From positions 1-26,054 of the IMG/VR virus record IMGVR_UViG_3300006805_000134: a DNA stretch of 26,054 bases; one strand, written 5' to 3'. Numbering within the stretch: the stretch's first letter is position 1; every line of letters begins with the position of its first letter. Position numbers and translations under genes: made by a program. The notes below the pieces were generated by a model that was not told the DNA's origin, ran no database searches, and was given only the letters and a program-made list of their open reading frames with translations. The stretch comes from a virus (lineage: Duplodnaviria; Caudoviricetes). Below, piece by piece: positions 1 through 9,210 of the stretch.

Positions 1-1622
1 AGCGTGATGGCGTTCGACGCGGTGTTGAGCTTGATAGTTTCGTCGTCGGGGGTCGCGGTGTATTTCGATACGGTGATCTCGCGGACTTTGTTAACGATCG
101 TCACGCCCGTCGTGTTATCGCCAGCTACAACAGACTGCCTCACGAGCTGTGAAGCCTGCGACACGTACCACATACACCAAGTGACGCCGACTGAGTTTCC
201 GCGAGTCTCTGATCCCGTCCGAGGAGTGCCATTGGTGCCATTTGTGATCGGATCAAGGATTGCAGCTCCGGTGTTTGAAGATGCAGAGATGTTGACGTTA
301 TCCCAGAGAAGTCCAGTGGCCGAGCCGCCGCCTGTGGGGGACCGAGTGAACGAATGGCGGTGGCCTTGAAATTGGTCTTCTTGCTTGTCCCCGGGATTCG
401 TCGGCCCCGTCTTTGTGCGGCCGTTGATTGACTGCGTGCCAGTACCGCGAGGGCTCAAGGCATTCCAATTCGGAAGCGTCGAAGTCCCAAGGCGTGCGAT
501 GAGCGCGGAATACTGCGAGCCCGAAAGCGTCGAGCCATCGAGCTTCACCGAGCCCGCGCGACAAGTTGTCGAAACGGGCTCGATGAAGACGGTGCCCAGA
601 AGGTCTGCGGCGGGATATTCGACGACGTTTGAAGCAATGGAGTTTGTCGTTCGGTAAGTGAACGTGAAGGTGATGTAATCGCCGCTGGCCCATGTCGGCG
701 GGCTCGTCGACGTAACATTGTAATACGTCTTAACGCCGGGGGTGCCCGTGTGCGTGTCGATGGCGCTCAATCTTAACTCAACTCGCGTTGAAGTTGAAGA
801 AGCGAAAACGGTCCCGTGATATACCGTCCCTCCCCCAACCCGATATCGAGATTCTCCAATCACCGAAGCTGCGGGGGTATTAGTCGAATCCAAAGGGAAT
901 TCAGTCGGCAGTCCAAGGAAAAGTTCGGACCAGGTTCCGGGGGCGCCCGTAAAAGTTAACTTCCCTTGGATCGTAACTTGTCCGCCATCGACCTCGTAGT
1001 TTGCGGCTACTGTATAGTTTGTCGGCGTCCCGCTTGTCGTGGTCATTACCGGCGTATATGTAGATTCAATCTTTCCGACAACTTCGCCGACGCCACGATT
1101 CTCTTCCAATCTCGCCGCATCGACGGTGATGTCCGAACTCGTCGTCGAGTTGACGACTTTCACCCGCATCCCGCAAGTGTAGGGACCTGCGACCATCGTC
1201 ACGGGAGTCCATTCAAGTTTTGAACCACCTGAAGCGACGGCAACGCACTGCTGATCGGCGCCGTCCACCTGCGAACAAACCTGGATATTCGCACTGGGCG
1301 TTTTGATGTGAATGCCCGCGAGAAGATTCTTCCCGTCGAGATCCGCGCAGTCAGAGTAGGTCTGCGAGAGAAGCGTCGCCTCCGCTGCAATCGAAGTGAA
1401 TGCGAGCTTGAACCCTTGGCCTTGGATCTTGTCCCCAACCCCCGTTGGATAGGTCCGCGTCCCCGCGGCCGTCGTCCAGCCGGCGACATAGCTTTCGAAT
1501 CCCGAATTCTTAAAATAGTTCGGGTTCGAGTCGTTCTGCTGCTCAACGTACTTCTGTGACCACGCATCGGGGTGGCACAGACAAAGAGTCAGGGTCCAAG
1601 CGAGAATTAAAAGCTTTTTCAT
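1..1622 (-). CDS. Second tail fibre / receptor-binding-like protein with signal peptide, CBM-like domain and tail-collar domain; runs off the window (>540 aa)
   Basis: Not in the ORF track because it has no stop in the window; translated by hand. ATG at 1622 overlaps the upstream TGA (ATGA). MKKLLILAWTLTLCLCHPDAWSQ; NYFKNSGFESYVAGW (CBM-like start); LGTVFIEPV..VKLDGSTLSGSQYSALIARLG..LPNW..PRG..DQFQGHRH..ETRGNSVGVTWC (collar/tip, about 175-600). Frame open to position 3. Confidence 0.8.
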   Translation of the reverse strand, partial: MKKLLILAWTLTLCLCHPDAWSQKYVEQQNDSNPNYFKNSGFESYVAGWTTAAGTRTYPTGVGDKIQGQGFKLAFTSIAAEATLLSQTYSDCADLDGKNLLAGIHIKTPSANIQVCSQVDGADQQCVAVASGGSKLEWTPVTMVAGPYTCGMRVKVVNSTTSSDITVDAARLEENRGVGEVVGKIESTYTPVMTTTSGTPTNYTVAANYEVDGGQVTIQGKLTFTGAPGTWSELFLGLPTEFPLDSTNTPAASVIGESRYRVGGGTVYHGTVFASSTSTRVELRLSAIDTHTGTPGVKTYYNVTSTSPPTWASGDYITFTFTYRTTNSIASNVVEYPAADLLGTVFIEPVSTTCRAGSVKLDGSTLSGSQYSALIARLGTSTLPNWNALSPRGTGTQSINGRTKTGPTNPGDKQEDQFQGHRHSFTRSPTGGGSATGLLWDNVNISASSNTGAAILDPITNGTNGTPRTGSETRGNSVGVTWCMWYVSQASQLVRQSVVAGDNTTGVTIVNKVREITVSKYTATPDDETIKLNTASNAIT

Positions 1623-2929
1623 GTCAGGTACACTCCCACGTATTTCAAGAGTTTCACGTCGTAGTCTGTTTCATTAGAGGTAGGGGCAATGCGCTCGATC
1701 TCTGCCAGGACAAAGTCATTCGCGGCGAGAGCCTGCCCCCCGATTTGATAGCTTGAATCGGTAAAGGCGATGTTTTTAGCCATAAGCTCGTCCGCAACGC
1801 TCGCCCCGCTCCAGTTGCTCCCGTCATTCTGTTCAGAGTACGTGCTGCTGGCAAGGGTTTGCGAATTGCTCGACCTTAAAAGGTACGAGGTCACTCGAAA
1901 CCTGAACCAGTCCGTGTCGCCCGCATACGCGCAAAGCCGCAGGCGGGGGAGGAACTGGCCCGGGGCGAAGTTCCCGGGAATTTGAATCAGGAGCCGGACT
2001 TTATTTGAAGAGTCCTTCTCAAACACAAAGTGTTCAAGGCCGTACTCCTCGCCCGCCAAAGCACCGGAGCCTTCGGGAGCGTACAAAGGAACAAGACCTG
2101 TGCCTCCCCCCAGGGGGAGGGTGGACGTCTGGCTCCAAGAGCCCGCCGCTTTGACGTAGATGTTCCCCGTCTGCGTATCCAGGTAGCTGTCGCCGTCCGC
2201 GCCGTCCGTGACGTCGTCCGGGGCGCCTGCACCTGTTAAAAAGCTTGCGCCGTCCGCGCCGTCAGCGCCGGGAGCGCCGTCCGCCCCGGGGGCACCGTCA
2301 GCTCCAGGAGCACCATCTGCACCGTCGGCTCCGGCAGGGCCGGGATCACCCTGGGGGCCAGGATCTCCTTGCGGGCCTGTGTCACCCTGAGGGCCTGTGT
2401 CGCCCGTATCACCCTTGTCGCCCTTAAAATCCGCGCGCGGCACCCACTCAAGGGCAGTCCCATCCTCGTCAGTTGCAAGGACACTGTTTGCGATGGGGGC
2501 GGGAAGCTCGGCGGGAATGCTATCCTCGCCGGGCGCCAGTTGGAGTGCCCGGTCGGCCACGTCGCGCGCTTCTTGGACCATCATGACCAAGCGGTCAAGC
2601 GCGTCCTCCACGGTATCCGCGAAGCCTGTGGTGTTGCTGAGAAACTCAAAGAGTTGCTCAAGCGACGTCACGCGCTCAACGGTGATCTCGTGGTCAGAAG
2701 TGGGAGCCCCCAAGAGAAAGTCCACCTGGTCCTGGTAGATATCGTCCACCACAGGGATTTCGTAGTCGGTGTCCTCCACCAAAACAGTCGTAACTCCCGT
2801 GGAAATAACCTTCCGCTTCACTTTGATCTGGGAGGTGTTCTCCTTCTGCCAGGCAAAAGTGATAGGGAAGGACGTGGTGGAGCCGTTCCCGGTGTAAATT
2901 GCGCGGACATCAAGATCAGAAACCGACAT
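1619..2929 (-). CDS. Tail fibre protein (T7 gp17-like N-terminal anchor, collagen-like segment, C-terminal beta domain)
   Basis: Likely start ATG 2929 after GGAG. N-terminus YTGNGSTTSFPITF..VEDTDYEI..ITVERVT..EDALDRLVMMVQE is typical of podovirus fibre anchors; lies after the ejection proteins. Confidence 0.85.
   Translation of the reverse strand: MSVSDLDVRAIYTGNGSTTSFPITFAWQKENTSQIKVKRKVISTGVTTVLVEDTDYEIPVVDDIYQDQVDFLLGAPTSDHEITVERVTSLEQLFEFLSNTTGFADTVEDALDRLVMMVQEARDVADRALQLAPGEDSIPAELPAPIANSVLATDEDGTALEWVPRADFKGDKGDTGDTGPQGDTGPQGDPGPQGDPGPAGADGADGAPGADGAPGADGAPGADGADGASFLTGAGAPDDVTDGADGDSYLDTQTGNIYVKAAGSWSQTSTLPLGGGTGLVPLYAPEGSGALAGEEYGLEHFVFEKDSSNKVRLLIQIPGNFAPGQFLPRLRLCAYAGDTDWFRFRVTSYLLRSSNSQTLASSTYSEQNDGSNWSGASVADELMAKNIAFTDSSYQIGGQALAANDFVLAEIERIAPTSNETDYDVKLLKYVGVYLT
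2243..2422 (-). repeat. Collagen-like (Gly-X-Y)20 coding repeat
   Basis: GDKGDTGDTGPQGDTGPQGDPGPQGDPGPAGADGADGAPGADGAPGADGAPGADGADGAS, uninterrupted. Confidence 0.95.
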
Positions 2930-5900
2930 TGCGCGACTCCATCGCCCGTTTGCGGGCCTTTTCAAACTTTTGGTAGAACTCGGGATCTCCCATCATCATA
3001 TCGCGGGCCTGCTTGCGGTAGCGAATAAGAACTTTGTCCACCTCTTTTTTGAAGGCGTTGTAAAGCATCGGGGGCACTTCTTGGCCTTTAAGAGCGTCGT
3101 GGATCGGAATAGCCACCTGCTCCATCGCTTCGCGCAGAGGCATGGTAAAGGGCTTTTCTTTTCCGGGGACGTCGCTCGATCCGGGCAAGTACCCCGCCGT
3201 GTAGAGCACGTACTTCTCGTACTCCTCATTGGTCAGGTTGATCCTAATGTCGCCCGCACGAAACACGCGCGAGGGCATGTTGAAATTCGTCTTGATGAAC
3301 TGATCGTCCTCGGGCTTACCCACTTCAATGCGCCCCATGGCCTCCAAGACGGTCTTAAGTTTTGACCCCTCGGCGGCGGTAGACGACCCCATGGGGATGA
3401 TGAAATCCGGCCCCAAGCGGTCGATCTCCAAGATGGGCTCGCCCCAGATGTTACGTTGGACCGCATACTCGTCGGACATCCATGGTGTTTGGGTGCCCCA
3501 GGCGTTTTCCACCGCTTTGATAATGCTATCGGAGCGGGGGTCCCGGCGGAACTCGTCTTTGGACTTTTTCATGTCCTTCGCCATCGCGGGCAAAAACTTA
3601 GCCGTCTGCTCCGCAATCAACTTAGCGGCGCCCCCTTTGACGTCGTCTTTGTACTGCGAGCCCTTCTCAATCAGCGTGAAGACGTTGTTCAATTCATCCG
3701 TCAAGTTCTGCGGATTGAACGTATCCACCAGCCCTGCGCCCATCAAAAGCATGGAGGCTTCAGTGTCGCGCTCGTTGATGTACGCCCCCACAATGTGCGC
3801 CATGGACCCTGCACGAAGCATAGAGGCCAGGGGCTCCATCGCACGATAATCCACATACTCACCGCCCACCTTGATCGAGTAAGGCTTCCAGCCTTTGTTG
3901 GATTCTTCAAGCGCCCTGCGCATGCGCGGGTTTGCGGGGGGAGGACCTGTGATGAGACCTTGACTATGCAGGTAGGCCGCAGCTCCCACCACCATGGTGC
4001 CATTCATGATCTTGGCGAATTCGCGTGCGCCCTCAGAGCCGCCCGCACGGATGACCCTCAAGGACTCCATGTTGTTCCAGAAGGGTGCAAGCAGGCTATG
4101 CTGGATGGAGTAGTCCATGATGTTGTAGCCCGTGCGCATGAACGGGAAGAAGAACTGGCGGATAGGCCCGCGGCTCATCCAGGAGACACCCTGGGCGACC
4201 GCCCCGCGCACACCTCCTGCTCCTTGAGGAAGGTCCTGAGAGAAGACCGCAGCACGCGCCATGGCCCCTGCTTTTTCAACCTCTTCCCGGGTTGCCGCCA
4301 AGATCGACGTTTGAAGAAGGTTCGCCTTCTCCCGCGCCAGAAGTTCGGGGGTCGCGGCTTTAATCAGCCCTTGGGCTTCCATCGCACGGATCTTTTTCAT
4401 ACTCTGCCGGTAGAGAGCGGCGTGCTCCAGGATGGCCCCGTAGTTCTGGTCAACTTTTCCAAGAAGAGTCTCACCAATACCAACGGTATGGTTAACGACC
4501 CACCCGGTTTTCTCCAATGCCTTTGCCGTCGCGGTGGTCCCGTCGATACCCCAGTGGGCGGCGGAAATGGCAGAGGTACGCATCTCCAGTTTTTTGAACC
4601 GGGTCATGTCCACGCCTCCAGCGAGACCTTTGTTAAAGAGCATCCCCCGGAGCCCCGCAAAAAGTCCCGCCACAAAGTCATTGGCTTCATGCCACGACTC
4701 TGCCGCATGCGGGTCCCGAAATACGAAGCGGGTAGCGGCAGCGGAGTAGCCCGTCGCCACCTCGTTAACGGTGGTAATGAAGTTACCGATGATGGCAGCA
4801 GTTGGAGACTTGAACGAGGAAAGCATCGCTTTGCGCGCAATCTCAGAAAAAAGTGCCGCCGACTTTGTGAGCCTTCCCTGCTTCAGGGCGTTTTTGTACT
4901 GGTCACGCAAAATTTGAGCCTGCCCCTGAGGAAGGCCCTTGATGTGCTCCTCGATGGAAACGGCGTAGTTGGCATAGTCGTCAGCGTCTTTGGCGCTGCC
5001 GTACATGTCCATCATCATCGTCTGAAGCTTTTTGCGCTCACGGGCATCCAGGCGCGCCTGGCGGACCACCTCAGGAACCGTGCGCACTTCACGCACGCCT
5101 GTTGATCCATCCGCGTTTTTCATCAGTGCGTAGGACTTCACGTAATCCGCTTCTTGAAACGCAAAATCATAAAGCTTCTGCGCATTCAGCGAGGCCCCCG
5201 CCTCGGAGCGCCCCTTGTCGATGACGTTGGTCAGAGCGGCGTAGCGGTTCGCCACGGCCTTGTGGTTAAGGGCCGCCATACGGAGATCGTCTTTGGTCCC
5301 CGCAGTCCGAATAAGCTCCATAGCAGCGTCCAGGTTCTTTTCTGCTTGAGGGAGAATCTCACGCGCCAAAAAGGCCGTCTCCTCCGGAGTAGGAGCACGC
5401 CCTGCCTGTACCGCTTCGGCAATGTTTGCCAGGTAACGTCCAGAATCATCGCTCATACCCGCGAGGCGGGCGGCGTACAGGTAGTCGTCAAAAGTCTTGG
5501 GCTTGTAGAGCTTGTTAAGGCGGTCCACTTTCCCCAGGACTTCGTCGAGGATGTCAGAGCTGATGTTCAGGCTTTGCGTTGACCCGTCGACATTTTTAAT
5601 CGTGGGGTTGTTGTCGAACATCTGGTAGCTCGGGGCGGGCTCAAGGCGAGCCTCCGCCATGCGCTGAAGTTCAGCCTTCGCCGCAACATCCCCTTTAGCA
5701 GCCTTTTCAGCCAGAGGTTGTGCCACGGAAAGCTCCTCATCCGTCGGAGGGCGTACACGCATCGGAGGAGCATCAGGAGCGCTCTTAGCGGCAACTGCAA
5801 CATTGTCCGCTTCATCCAGCGCTTTCATGGCAGGAGAAAGATTTTCGACGTCATCAGCCATCCCGGCAGCGGCTTTTTGGTAAGCCTTCGCACCACGACT

Positions 5901-6650
5901 CAACTTGAGGATTCCGTTGAAAGCCCCCGCCACAGCGGCTCCGACGCCAAGACCTTCGATCATGTTCTTGAAGCGCCCCTCAAGTTCGGTCTGAACCTCT
6001 GGGTTGTTCTCACCGAGCCAATGAATGAAGTTACCCACCACGGCAACGTCGCGGAATTCGGGGTACTTCTCGTTAATCATCGTAGACAGACGCTCTTGGT
6101 TCGGGTCCATCATTGAAAAATCAATGCCCGCCCCAATCGCTGCCGCGCGAAGAGCGCTACCGCCCACTCCCATCCCTGTCAAAACGGGAAGTCCGTACTC
6201 AGCAATCATGTGCCCTGCGCGCTGCTCAAGAGGAGCATTCTCCGGGGGGCGCATTTTCTGAAGCTGCTCCGGCGTAAAACGTGCCCCACCCGTTTCAGGA
6301 GCGGATTGGCCCGCCCACTTCGAAACGAAGTCGGTCACGTCAAGGGCTCCGTGATACATGTTCTTCACAGCCTGAGCAGTTCCGGTAACCATCCCCTTCC
6401 CGACGTTCACCATACTATCGCCAAACTTTTCGGGCGGTTTAGCGTTTTGAAGGCCGGGCTTCGGCGGGGCCTGCTCCGCTTCCTGCTGAGCCGTGGCTTC
6501 AGCATCAAGAGCTGCGAAGTCTGCTTCGGGGATCTTTGTCAAAACGGGCTCTTGATCGAGCGTGACGCCCATCTTAGCGGCGGCATCGTCGATATCGACG
6601 AGGGGTTCGTTCGCAAAATGATCCTTCAATTCTGCATCAAAATTTTCCAC
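2916..6650 (-). CDS. Large internal virion / DNA ejection protein (1244 aa)
   Basis: Long Ala-rich helical ORF in the position of T7 gp16; C-terminal motifs PFMRTGYNI, GLITGPPP, GWKPYSIKVGGEYVDY resemble podovirus ejection proteins. Confidence 0.7.
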   Translation of the reverse strand: MENFDAELKDHFANEPLVDIDDAAAKMGVTLDQEPVLTKIPEADFAALDAEATAQQEAEQAPPKPGLQNAKPPEKFGDSMVNVGKGMVTGTAQAVKNMYHGALDVTDFVSKWAGQSAPETGGARFTPEQLQKMRPPENAPLEQRAGHMIAEYGLPVLTGMGVGGSALRAAAIGAGIDFSMMDPNQERLSTMINEKYPEFRDVAVVGNFIHWLGENNPEVQTELEGRFKNMIEGLGVGAAVAGAFNGILKLSRGAKAYQKAAAGMADDVENLSPAMKALDEADNVAVAAKSAPDAPPMRVRPPTDEELSVAQPLAEKAAKGDVAAKAELQRMAEARLEPAPSYQMFDNNPTIKNVDGSTQSLNISSDILDEVLGKVDRLNKLYKPKTFDDYLYAARLAGMSDDSGRYLANIAEAVQAGRAPTPEETAFLAREILPQAEKNLDAAMELIRTAGTKDDLRMAALNHKAVANRYAALTNVIDKGRSEAGASLNAQKLYDFAFQEADYVKSYALMKNADGSTGVREVRTVPEVVRQARLDARERKKLQTMMMDMYGSAKDADDYANYAVSIEEHIKGLPQGQAQILRDQYKNALKQGRLTKSAALFSEIARKAMLSSFKSPTAAIIGNFITTVNEVATGYSAAATRFVFRDPHAAESWHEANDFVAGLFAGLRGMLFNKGLAGGVDMTRFKKLEMRTSAISAAHWGIDGTTATAKALEKTGWVVNHTVGIGETLLGKVDQNYGAILEHAALYRQSMKKIRAMEAQGLIKAATPELLAREKANLLQTSILAATREEVEKAGAMARAAVFSQDLPQGAGGVRGAVAQGVSWMSRGPIRQFFFPFMRTGYNIMDYSIQHSLLAPFWNNMESLRVIRAGGSEGAREFAKIMNGTMVVGAAAYLHSQGLITGPPPANPRMRRALEESNKGWKPYSIKVGGEYVDYRAMEPLASMLRAGSMAHIVGAYINERDTEASMLLMGAGLVDTFNPQNLTDELNNVFTLIEKGSQYKDDVKGGAAKLIAEQTAKFLPAMAKDMKKSKDEFRRDPRSDSIIKAVENAWGTQTPWMSDEYAVQRNIWGEPILEIDRLGPDFIIPMGSSTAAEGSKLKTVLEAMGRIEVGKPEDDQFIKTNFNMPSRVFRAGDIRINLTNEEYEKYVLYTAGYLPGSSDVPGKEKPFTMPLREAMEQVAIPIHDALKGQEVPPMLYNAFKKEVDKVLIRYRKQARDMMMGDPEFYQKFEKARKRAMESRNVGF

Positions 6651-6651
6651 G

Positions 6652-8238
6652 TTACTGCCCCTTCAATTCGAGAGCTTTTTTCTTCTGGTACAGCTCATTC
6701 ACGCGCTGCTGAAAAACCTTCTCACCATCGGGAGTAAGTGCTCCCGAGGACCGCTCCCTCTTCCACTGCTTATAAGTAGCGTTGAGCTGCTTATCCAAAG
6801 CAGACGCCGATTCGGCCCCGCTGTCAACAGGAGCGGCATTAAAAGAGATCCCCGCGCGCACCATCACGCCCCTCGCCAGTGCGATGGGATCAGGTTTATT
6901 GAGGCTCGAAGAAAGGCCCATGTAAAAGTCAGAAAGAATCCGCTGCTTGCGATTATTTTGATCCAACTTTGAAGCCGCCGATCCGAAGATCGGGGTGGAA
7001 TGCGCCTCAATGGCGTCAACCGCCTGGCGCACTTTGTTGGCGTACTCGGGCTCCTGCAAGTTTACGCGGAGACTTTCCAGTTTTGTTTTGATCGCAAGGT
7101 GCTCTTGGTCGATGAACCCCTTCTGCTCCATGGCGTCGATCTCGCCGACGATTGCGGAGTAATTACCCGCGCCGTTATTGAGAATGTCCTGCACCGCACG
7201 CGCGGAAACGTCAGCCACGAAAGCATTGTTGATGGCTTTCTTGTTATCCCGCGAGCGCACCACGCGCTGAACGCGCGAAATATCCAAAAGACCTGCGGCG
7301 GCGTCGGCCTCAAGATCCGCTTGGGCAGCAAGCACTTCGCCAGCGCTTCCATAGAGTTTAACCGCCTCGAACCGCTGGATGGCTTCATCGGTTGTTTTAC
7401 GCATTGCCCGGCGTGCGGAAGCTTCGGCGCGGTTCTCTTCGCGCACGAGCTTTGCCACATACTGGTCTTCGCCCCGGCGGACTTGGTCCACGTACTGCAC
7501 GAGCTTTTCCGAGGAGAAGAACTCTCCCCCACGTTCATCCAGGAATTTCCGCGCGCTCGCAAAATCACCGTTACCATCAGCGGCGCGGTCCACCATTCCG
7601 TTGAACGCGGCAAACGCCAGGTCCTTACGGCCATTCTCCAAGATGGTAGCCTTGGCGTCGTCGGTGAGGTCAGGGTCTTGCCGAACAGAAATCTCCATCT
7701 TCCCCAAAACGTCATCGAGCGCTTCAGGATTCACGCGCGCGGAGTTCGAGTAGCTCCCCATGATGCGGGTGAACTGTTGCTCGTTTTGCTTCAGCCGCCG
7801 CTTAGTCATGTCCGCGTACACATGAAGCGCTTGAGATTGACTCATCTTCTCCGCTTGAGCGAGAAACGCGCGGCGGGTTTCGGGGTCAGCGATGGTCTCT
7901 GAAATCTGCTGCATGGGTTCCCGCATGCGGTCGCGGAACGCCCCATAGGTCTTGGTCCCGTCAACGTCATCCTCAATCAGGGGTTCGTTCTGGAGCTGCA
8001 TCTGCGCAAGGGTAAGCCTCTCGGCATAGGTGTTCGATGCCTCTTCGATGTCGAGCTTTTGCTTCCGCTCATACGCCTGGCGGTTTGCTTGGCCAAGGGC
8101 CTGCCCCACTTTTGCGAGTGTGTTTCCAAAATCAGTCAACGCTCCCGCCATCCCCGCAGCTTTGCTCGCGGACGCAATCGGAACAGGAGATCCTGCGTTC
8201 AAAATTTGCGAGTCGTTAGACATCGGAATGACTGGCAT
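6652..8238 (-). CDS. Internal virion / ejection protein (528 aa)
   Basis: Helical, MPVIP start, position equivalent to T7 gp15; AAGGGG upstream; abuts the next gene. Confidence 0.65.
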   Translation of the reverse strand: MPVIPMSNDSQILNAGSPVPIASASKAAGMAGALTDFGNTLAKVGQALGQANRQAYERKQKLDIEEASNTYAERLTLAQMQLQNEPLIEDDVDGTKTYGAFRDRMREPMQQISETIADPETRRAFLAQAEKMSQSQALHVYADMTKRRLKQNEQQFTRIMGSYSNSARVNPEALDDVLGKMEISVRQDPDLTDDAKATILENGRKDLAFAAFNGMVDRAADGNGDFASARKFLDERGGEFFSSEKLVQYVDQVRRGEDQYVAKLVREENRAEASARRAMRKTTDEAIQRFEAVKLYGSAGEVLAAQADLEADAAAGLLDISRVQRVVRSRDNKKAINNAFVADVSARAVQDILNNGAGNYSAIVGEIDAMEQKGFIDQEHLAIKTKLESLRVNLQEPEYANKVRQAVDAIEAHSTPIFGSAASKLDQNNRKQRILSDFYMGLSSSLNKPDPIALARGVMVRAGISFNAAPVDSGAESASALDKQLNATYKQWKRERSSGALTPDGEKVFQQRVNELYQKKKALELKGQ

Positions 8239-8248
8239 CAGTTACCCC

Positions 8249-8839
8249 TTAAAAAGACATCGCTTGGGCGTAGCCCCCGCGACCGTAAAAGTCGTTACCA
8301 TTAGACACGCTCCATCCTGGTCCCTGCATGAATCCTCCCCCCGTAGGAGTAGCATTCGCCCCTACGGTGGTGGGAGTAGCGGAGCCTGTAAACACCCCTG
8401 ACAGGTTGTAGGCCGCCATCGCGCCGGAAGCCCCTGCGGTCACCCCCGTCAAAAGGTTGTACCCAAGTGAGTTGTACATATCTGCTTGCCCCTGCGCTGC
8501 CTCCCCGCGCGCAAATGCCAGGGCGGATTCGAGTTCCCCTTTTTTACGAATAGCTTCAGCCGCATCCAGGGCGCGGGCGGCGGTCGTCGCCAGGATTCCC
8601 GCCGAGGAGCCGGAGCCAATGTCCCCACCGCCCTTAGCCATCGCGGAGGTCTGCTGCCCCATGAGCTGGGCGTAGCGGATGCCCGAGAGGTTAAGCTCCC
8701 GGCGCATGGCCTCAAGCGCATACTCGCCCTGCTTCTTGTAGAACCAGGCGTTTAGCGCTTCTTGCTCGGCTTTAGCCTTGTTCCCCCAAAGCGTCCCAGC
8801 CGCGCCGAGGGCCGCTCCAGCGATAATCAACGGGGTCAC
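8249..8839 (-). CDS. Small internal virion / ejection protein (196 aa)
   Basis: Gly/Ala-rich hydrophobic N-terminus IIAGAALGAAGTLWG and internal A.GG.IGSGS motif; position equivalent to T7 gp14. Confidence 0.7.
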   Translation of the reverse strand: MTPLIIAGAALGAAGTLWGNKAKAEQEALNAWFYKKQGEYALEAMRRELNLSGIRYAQLMGQQTSAMAKGGGDIGSGSSAGILATTAARALDAAEAIRKKGELESALAFARGEAAQGQADMYNSLGYNLLTGVTAGASGAMAAYNLSGVFTGSATPTTVGANATPTGGGFMQGPGWSVSNGNDFYGRGGYAQAMSF

Positions 8840-9210
8840 GATGTCCTCCGCCAGTAGTTGCTGCTTACTGGTTTGAATCCTAAAAATTTAGCCAAATTCT
8901 CCCTCTCAGGGAAGGCCGGATCAACTTGAATTATCAAAGACAGGGGGACAGCGGCTAGGGCCTGGTCCAGAACGCGCTTCACGATCCGTGCGTGAAAGGG
9001 CTTAAAGTTCACTGGGAGGATGGACCACAGCAAAAACTCCCCCTTCGGGCGAGAAACCAATCCGAACACGAGGGTAAGGCCCGGGGCGCGGATCGTCCAC
9101 GCGCGGTCACCCTTCATCTGAAGGGCAGCGTACACACCGCTCCTGTCAGCATTCTTGGAGCCGCCCATCTCAAGCAGGTCTTCAGGAGAAAAAAGCGTGA
9201 CCTCACTCAT
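8836..9210 (-). CDS. Putative GNAT-like virion assembly protein (124 aa)
   Basis: Likely start ATG 9210 overlapping the end of tail tube B; C-terminal NLAKFLGFK; position equivalent to T7 gp13. Confidence 0.55.
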   Translation of the reverse strand: MSEVTLFSPEDLLEMGGSKNADRSGVYAALQMKGDRAWTIRAPGLTLVFGLVSRPKGEFLLWSILPVNFKPFHARIVKRVLDQALAAVPLSLIIQVDPAFPERENLAKFLGFKPVSSNYWRRTS

